Origin: Stenotrophomonas sp.
GTDB lineage: Bacteria; Pseudomonadota; Gammaproteobacteria; Xanthomonadales; Xanthomonadaceae
DNA: 64,000 nt
Reading direction: 5' to 3'
Assembly: GCF_050737575.1 (NCBI RefSeq)
Contig: NZ_JBOHXW010000007.1
Coordinates: forward strand, 20,722-84,721
Every line of letters begins with the position of its first letter. Position 1 is the first letter of the stretch. The translations under genes and the position numbers were made by a program. Positions 58,493 through 64,000 of this stretch are shown in pieces. The notes below the pieces were generated by a model. The model had not been told where the DNA came from and searched no databases. It worked only from the letters and a program-made list of their open reading frames with translations.

Positions 58493-60565
58493 TCACGCGG
58501 CCGCTTTATCCCCGTAGCTGCCAAATGCCTCTGCCTCTGCAGGGCGGCCGAGATAAAACCCCTGCAACGTGTCGCAGCCCAGCGACAACAAGAACTCGCG
58601 TTGCGCGGCGGTTTCAACCCCCTCGGCCACCACTTTGATGTTCAGCGCGCGGGCCAGGGCGATGATCGAGGTGACGATGGCCGCATCTTCTTCATTGCTT
58701 TCCAGATCGCGGACAAACGCGCGGTCGATCTTCAACTCCGCTGCCGGCATGCGCTTGAGATACAACAGGCTGGAATAGCCGGTGCCGAAGTCGTCGATGG
58801 CGATCTTCACGCCCATTGCGGTGAGCTTGTTCAGCACTTCCAGGCTGGCATCGACATCCTTCATCGCCGTGGTTTCAGTGACCTCAAGCGTCAAGTACTG
58901 CGCATCGATGCGGTGCCGTTCAATCAGGCTGCGCACCGTCTCCACCAAGGCCGGCGAATCGAACTGCAATGGCGACAGGTTCACCGCCATCGACCAGTGC
59001 TCGTGGCCTTCGTCGTGCCACTGCCGCAGCTGCCTGCACGCCTGGTCCAACACCCACTCGCCCATCGGCAGGATCAGGCCGCTGCGCTCGGCAATGGGAA
59101 TGAACACGTCCGGCGCCAGCAAGCCCAGCTCCGGGTGCTGCCAACGCAGCAGCGCCTCGGCGCCGGTGACATTCTGTTCCGAAGCATCAAACTTGGGTTG
59201 GTAATGCAGCACAAGCTCGTCACGCCCCACCGCCCTGCGCAGGTCCTGCAACAAGCGCAGCTGGCGATTGGCGTTGACCTGCATCGCCGGGGTGAAGAAC
59301 GTGTAGCCATTCCGGCCCAGCTGCTTGGTGTGATACATCGCGACGTCGGCGCGGGCCATCAGTTCGCGCTCGCTGCTGGCATCGTTGGGATACAGCGCGA
59401 TGCCGAGGCTGGCACTGACCTGCAACTCCGCCGCGTCGATCAAAAACGGTTGTGCGGCCGCTTCCACGATCCGCTCGGCAATCACCAACGCATCGTCCGG
59501 GCTGTCCACCGTCAACGCCAGGACAAATTCATCGCCACCCAATCGGGCGAACGTGTCCTGCGGCCCCAGCAACGCACCGATGCGCTGCGCCACTGCGGTC
59601 AGCAAGCGATCACCGAGCTGATGGCCATAGGCATCGTTGACGGTCTTGAAGCCATCCAGGTCACAGAAGATGGCCGCCACCGCGCGCCCTTCCCGTTGCG
59701 CGCGTTTGATTGCCTGCTCCATGCGGTCCTGCAGCAGCATGCGGTTGGGCAACTGCGTCAGTGGGTCGTGCAGCGCGGCCTGTACCAGCTTGTGATTGGC
59801 GTCGTCCAGCGAATCGGCCAGCACGCGGGTGCGGTCGCGCATGCGGCGATCAAACAACGACGCGATCAAGGCGATGCCGAGCGTTGCCACCGTGGTGACG
59901 ATGACCAGCACCGCCAGCCACTGGGTATCGATGCCGCCAGCAGGCACCGCGCCACACACGCTGCCTTCCGGAAAACGTGCCGCCGCCATGCCGGTGTAGT
60001 GCATGCCGACGATGGCCACGCCCATCAACAGTGACGCCAGCGCGCGCATGTGCAGGACTTTGTGGTGCTCGTTGCGCAGGCGGAAGGCAATCCACAACGC
60101 CGCACCCGACGCGGCAATCGCCAACGCGATGGAGGCGATGAACCAGACCGGGTGATAGTCGATGCCCGGCTGCATGCGCAGCGCCGACATGCCCAGGTAA
60201 TGCATCGCGGCAATCGCCAGGCCCATCAACACCGCACCGGCCAGCAACTGCCAGCCCGGCAAGCGCGGCCGCGACACCAGCCACAGCGCGTACGCCGATG
60301 CGCCCACCGATACCGCCAGCGACCACAGCGTGATGCCCAGGTCGTAGCCCAGCGGAATCGGCAGATCAAAGGCCAGCATGCCGATGAAATGCATGGACCA
60401 GATGCCCAAGCCCATCGCCGCGGCACCGCCAACCAACCACCAGCGCGCGACACTGCCTTGTGCCGTCGCCAAGCGGCCGGCCATGTCCAGCGCGGTATAG
60501 GAAGCCAGTACGGCCACCACAATCGAAAACACGACCAAGGTCTGGTCGTAGGTGGCAATCAACAT
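58493..60565 (-). CDS. MHYT-GGDEF-EAL diguanylate cyclase/phosphodiesterase (MucR-like)
   Basis: Three MHYT-type motifs (SMHFIGM, AMHYLGM, GMHYTGM); RLGGDEF; AEALLRW; DDFGTGYSS. Confidence 0.93.
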   Translation of the reverse strand: MLIATYDQTLVVFSIVVAVLASYTALDMAGRLATAQGSVARWWLVGGAAAMGLGIWSMHFIGMLAFDLPIPLGYDLGITLWSLAVSVGASAYALWLVSRPRLPGWQLLAGAVLMGLAIAAMHYLGMSALRMQPGIDYHPVWFIASIALAIAASGAALWIAFRLRNEHHKVLHMRALASLLMGVAIVGMHYTGMAAARFPEGSVCGAVPAGGIDTQWLAVLVIVTTVATLGIALIASLFDRRMRDRTRVLADSLDDANHKLVQAALHDPLTQLPNRMLLQDRMEQAIKRAQREGRAVAAIFCDLDGFKTVNDAYGHQLGDRLLTAVAQRIGALLGPQDTFARLGGDEFVLALTVDSPDDALVIAERIVEAAAQPFLIDAAELQVSASLGIALYPNDASSERELMARADVAMYHTKQLGRNGYTFFTPAMQVNANRQLRLLQDLRRAVGRDELVLHYQPKFDASEQNVTGAEALLRWQHPELGLLAPDVFIPIAERSGLILPMGEWVLDQACRQLRQWHDEGHEHWSMAVNLSPLQFDSPALVETVRSLIERHRIDAQYLTLEVTETTAMKDVDASLEVLNKLTAMGVKIAIDDFGTGYSSLLYLKRMPAAELKIDRAFVRDLESNEEDAAIVTSIIALARALNIKVVAEGVETAAQREFLLSLGCDTLQGFYLGRPAEAEAFGSYGDKAAA

Positions 60566-60650
60566 TGCAGGTTCATCAACACAATCCGGTAAGTCGCCCC
60601 AATATCGGCCGGGAACTGCAAATCTTTTGGCGGTCGGCCGTCGCGCAAAG

Positions 60651-60680
60651 AAAAAGCGGGGAATCCCCGCTTCTCTTTGC
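60651..60680. terminator. Terminator downstream of the minus-strand hypothetical pair
   Basis: AAAAAGCGGGGAATCCCCGCTTCTCTTT. Confidence 0.75.
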
Positions 60681-60748
60681 CGTGAAGCAGATGCGCTTCT
60701 GGCGGTGCGTATGTGCCGGCTTACGCCGCTCCGGTTACCAGGAGCGGA

Positions 60749-61108
60749 TCATTCAGCCGTTACCGCAGTGCCCACCACCGGCTCAGTACCCAGCGGCGAG
60801 GACGGATCCACCACGGTCACGGTTTCCACCGAGCCATCCGGCCAGACAATCTGGAAGCGGCTGCCCGGTGGCAGCGTGGAGAACGGTGTGCCGCTCTGTG
60901 CACGGTAGATCGCAGCGGCCTGGCTGGCACCGGCGCGACGTTGGTCAGCATCGGAGTTGACCGAGGTCAGTTTGACCTTGCTCATCTCTCGATAACGGTC
61001 TTCGTAGGTGTCGATCAGCACCACGCCCACGGCGCCTGCCGAGTAGGCGACAAACAGCACCACCCACACCCAGAATTTGGCTCCATGCAGGAGACGACGG
61101 TAGTTCAT
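60749..61108 (-). CDS. Hypothetical membrane-anchored protein
   Basis: N-terminal TM helix (FWVWVVLFVAYSAGAVGVVL); ATG overlaps the upstream TGA. Confidence 0.65.
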   Translation of the reverse strand: MNYRRLLHGAKFWVWVVLFVAYSAGAVGVVLIDTYEDRYREMSKVKLTSVNSDADQRRAGASQAAAIYRAQSGTPFSTLPPGSRFQIVWPDGSVETVTVVDPSSPLGTEPVVGTAVTAE

Positions 61109-62067
61109 GGCTTACCTCCCCGCGCCCGGCGCAGGTTGCTGACTAGTTCGTTCATCTTTTCCATACCCTGCCGCGATACCGCGGCGTCGTATACAAATGT
61201 CTCGAAATCCTGCTCGGGATCGCGCGAGCAGATCCCGCCGTTGGCGCAGTAACCGGTCATCAGGGCACTGTCCGGCCCGCAGGCCAGGCCCAACTGACAG
61301 GCGGCCAACTGCCAGGCCAACTGCGCGTATTGATCGCCGGCCACCAGCCCGCGATACGCGTCATCCCCGGAAGCCGCCACGCCCATCGCCGTGGACAAGG
61401 CCAAAAACGCTTCCGGGCTTTGCGAGTTCAACACCCGCTCCACCAGACCACGGCGGTATTCAGCATCCGTGCGCAATGGCTCGCCCATCGACAGCAGCGC
61501 GGCCTCGGCGGCGAGGCTGCCGGCTGCGGCAGACGCGCGCCGCTGCTGTAGCAGCAACGCATGCCCCAGGCCATCGGCGGCGGTGAAGCCCACGCATCCC
61601 TGGCTGACCTGTTCACGTGCCGCGGTCAATCCCGGCACGTCCTTCAAACCCATGCTGGCCAAGGTGGCGCTGTCCAGCGCGTAACCCTGCGGGTCCATTG
61701 CATACACGCCGCAATAGTCGTAAATGCGGCTGACCATCCAGCCCGCTTCCGCGTCACCGGCTGCTGCGGCGGTGCGCAGCTGGCGTGCGTATTCAAACAG
61801 ACCGCGCCCGCCTTCAAAGGCCGCACGCAGGTCCAATGGCAGGCCCGGGCCCAGCGCGGCGCTGCGTTCACGTCCGCTCACGGCGCCTTCGCTGGCCGAA
61901 CCGGTACTGCTGGCTACCTGCGCCACCGGTACGTTCATTGCTGCGGCCATTTCCTGGTTGTCAGCCGCATGCAGCCCGCCGCCGTTGCGGAAGCCCAGCA
62001 CGGCGAGCAGCACCGCCGCAGGCAGCACCAACAGGTACCAGGGTTTTCTCGCAAGCAGGGAGAGCAT
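61105..62067 (-). CDS. Hypothetical exported helical, Cys-containing protein
   Basis: ATG 62067 (MLSLLARKPWYLLVLP); TM/signal segment; AWQLAACQLGLACGPDSALMTGYCANGGIC. The longer listed ORF is only an antisense extension over prmA. Confidence 0.65.
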   Translation of the reverse strand: MLSLLARKPWYLLVLPAAVLLAVLGFRNGGGLHAADNQEMAAAMNVPVAQVASSTGSASEGAVSGRERSAALGPGLPLDLRAAFEGGRGLFEYARQLRTAAAAGDAEAGWMVSRIYDYCGVYAMDPQGYALDSATLASMGLKDVPGLTAAREQVSQGCVGFTAADGLGHALLLQQRRASAAAGSLAAEAALLSMGEPLRTDAEYRRGLVERVLNSQSPEAFLALSTAMGVAASGDDAYRGLVAGDQYAQLAWQLAACQLGLACGPDSALMTGYCANGGICSRDPEQDFETFVYDAAVSRQGMEKMNELVSNLRRARGGKP

Positions 62068-62214
62068 CGGTAACCGACACGAAAGGGCGGGTGATGATGG
62101 CGTGGATTCTAGCAAGCAAGTCGCCGGCGGCGATGAAGACCGGCCGTGCGGCGCGCAATCGGGGCCCGGCTCGTCTAGGATGCGTGCCCTGTCCCGCCGT
62201 TGCTGTCCCTTGCC

Positions 62215-63129
62215 ATGCCCTTCCTTGAATTGACCCTGCGCTGCACCGAAACCACCCAGCCCCGCTACGAGAATGCGCTCGAAGACGTGGGCGCGCTGGC
62301 GGTGACCATGCTCGATGCCGACGCTGACACCAGCAACGAGCGCGCGATTCTGGAGCCGGGCGTGGGCGAGACGCCGCTGTGGAACGACCTCGTACTGACC
62401 GCGCTGTTCCCGGCCGATACCAACGCGCTGGCGCTGTTGGCCGCGCTGGAAGCCTTCGACGCCGGTCTGGACTGGACCAAGGCCAGCTTCCGCGCGGTGG
62501 CCGATGAAGACTGGGAACGCGCCTGGCTGGACCAGTTCCAGCCGATGCGTTTCGGCGAGCGCACCTGGATCGTGCCGTGGAACCACGAACTGCCGGAAGA
62601 AGCGCAAACGGCCAACGCCGCCATCGTGCGGCTGGACCCGGGGCTGGCGTTCGGCTCGGGCACCCATCCGACCACCGCGCTGTGCCTGCGCTGGTTGGAC
62701 CAGCTCTCCGCCGAGGGCAAGCTGGCCGGCAACACCGTGCTCGATTTCGGTTGCGGCTCGGGCATTCTCGCCCTGGCCGCGCTCAAGCTCGGCGCCGCTG
62801 CTGCGGTGGGCGTGGACAACGACCCGCAGGCGCTGATCGCCACCGCCGACAACGGCGAGCGCAATGGCGTGCAGATCGCCGCCTACCTGCCACAGGACGA
62901 GCCGGTCGCCACTTATCCGGTGGTGGTCGCCAATATCCTGGCCTCGGCGCTGGACGCGCTGGCCGAACTGCTGGCCGCCCGCGTCGCGCCCGGCGGCTGC
63001 ATTGCGCTGTCGGGCATCCTGCATGGTCAGGAAGGCGAACTGCTGGAACGCTACGCCGCGTGGTTCGACCAGCTTGAAGCCGTGCAGGACGGCGACTGGA
63101 TGCGCATCACCGGCGTGCGCCGTGCTTGA
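62215..63129 (+). CDS. prmA: Ribosomal protein L11 methyltransferase
   Basis: [47 protein letters not shown] motifs. Confidence 0.96.
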   Translation: MPFLELTLRCTETTQPRYENALEDVGALAVTMLDADADTSNERAILEPGVGETPLWNDLVLTALFPADTNALALLAALEAFDAGLDWTKASFRAVADEDWERAWLDQFQPMRFGERTWIVPWNHELPEEAQTANAAIVRLDPGLAFGSGTHPTTALCLRWLDQLSAEGKLAGNTVLDFGCGSGILALAALKLGAAAAVGVDNDPQALIATADNGERNGVQIAAYLPQDEPVATYPVVVANILASALDALAELLAARVAPGGCIALSGILHGQEGELLERYAAWFDQLEAVQDGDWMRITGVRRA

Positions 63130-63158
63130 ATGGGCGCAACGCCCCGGCACCGCCTGAC

Positions 63159-63971
63159 ATGAGCGACAACACCACGCCTTCTCGCCCCTCGCTGGCCACG
63201 TTTCTGCACGGCAAGCCGGCCCCCAAGCCGGCCGATGCGAGTGCCGTTGATGCCATCGACAACGCGGATGCCGCAATCCCGCAGACCGCGACCTTGCTGC
63301 CGGTCGCCGAGCCCGTTGCGCAGCCAGGCGACGTTCTGGACGCGACTGATGCGCTGGACGCCGCCGATGCCGAGGCGCAGGACAGCGCAGCCGCGCCGCG
63401 CATCGACAACGCCGTTCCTGCAGTCGATGACGATGGCGAAGCCTCCTCCGGCCCCGCCCCCAGCTTCAGCCGCAGTGCGCGTGCCACCAGCTCGACTGCG
63501 CGCATCACCCCGCGTTGGCAGTGGGCCGTGATCGCCGCGTTGGCATTGCTGCTGGGCATCCAGATTCTGGTCGCCGACCGCGCGCGCCTGGCCGCCGATG
63601 CCGGCACCCGGCCACTGGTCAGCGCCCTGTGCTCGGTGCTGCGCTGCGCCTTGCCGGCCTGGCATGAGCCCACCGCGTACAGCATGCTCAGCCGCGACAT
63701 CCGCCCGGCACCCGGTCAACCCGGCGTGCTGCAGGTGCACGCCAGTTTCCGCAACGAAGCGCGCTGGGCGCAGGCCTGGCCGGCGCTGCGCTTGTCGCTG
63801 TCCGATGCCGATGGCCGGGTGATCGGCCGCCGCACCTTCCAGCCCGCCGAGTACCTCGGGCCGAGTGCCGATCCATTGGCGCGACTGGAGCAGGGGCAGA
63901 GCGCGCAGGTGTCGTTCCAGCTGCATGAACCGGCCGCGGCAACGGTCGCTTTCAGCTTCGAGTTTCAGTAA
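63159..63971 (+). CDS. DUF3426-domain membrane protein
   Basis: Low-complexity acidic N terminus, TM helix, LCSVLRC, FRNEARWAQAWPALRLSLSDADG; directly after prmA. Start uncertain (63126 or 63159). Confidence 0.8.
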   Translation: MSDNTTPSRPSLATFLHGKPAPKPADASAVDAIDNADAAIPQTATLLPVAEPVAQPGDVLDATDALDAADAEAQDSAAAPRIDNAVPAVDDDGEASSGPAPSFSRSARATSSTARITPRWQWAVIAALALLLGIQILVADRARLAADAGTRPLVSALCSVLRCALPAWHEPTAYSMLSRDIRPAPGQPGVLQVHASFRNEARWAQAWPALRLSLSDADGRVIGRRTFQPAEYLGPSADPLARLEQGQSAQVSFQLHEPAAATVAFSFEFQ

Positions 63972-64000
63972 TTGCAATAACGCGGCGTGGCAGGCGACTG

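Noticed and set aside
62068-63276. 5' extension of the 723-aa minus-strand ORF 61105-63276
   Set aside because: Antisense to prmA; the credible gene starts at ATG 62067.

Overview
High-GC Xanthomonadaceae-type (Stenotrophomonas/Pseudoxanthomonas-like) chromosomal window. From left to right it holds: (1) the 3' part of dsbD plus a TlpA-type thioredoxin; (2) a ~23 kb co-oriented minus-strand xyloglucan utilisation locus (TonB receptor, GH74, CE20-type acetylesterase, GH35, GH31, GH95, xylB, xylA, xylE, GH3, Na+/sugar symporter), joined through a LysR regulator to a De Ley-Doudoroff galactose operon and a decayed GH43 gene; (3) small accessory genes (SutA-like, YkgJ, methyltransferase, GNAT); (4) two paralogous MocR/GntR regulators with a shared operator-like motif next to a cyoABCD-sco operon that has no cyoE; (5) a low-GC accessory island (~44.2-51.9 kb) with an H-NS-family gene, a 1004-aa NACHT/STAND ATPase carrying an N-terminal HEPN-like RxxxxH motif (best candidate for an undescribed anti-phage system), an orphan glutaredoxin/ferredoxin-reductase pair and a PAAR remnant; (6) a NemR-like TetR/DJ-1/Ohr/quinone-reductase stress unit; (7) core genes aroQ-accB-accC, an MHYT-GGDEF-EAL gene, prmA and a DUF3426 gene. 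REP-like palindromes occur in several intergenic regions. No rRNA, tRNA, integrase/transposase or CRISPR array was recognised. All family assignments are from motif recognition by eye, not from database searches.
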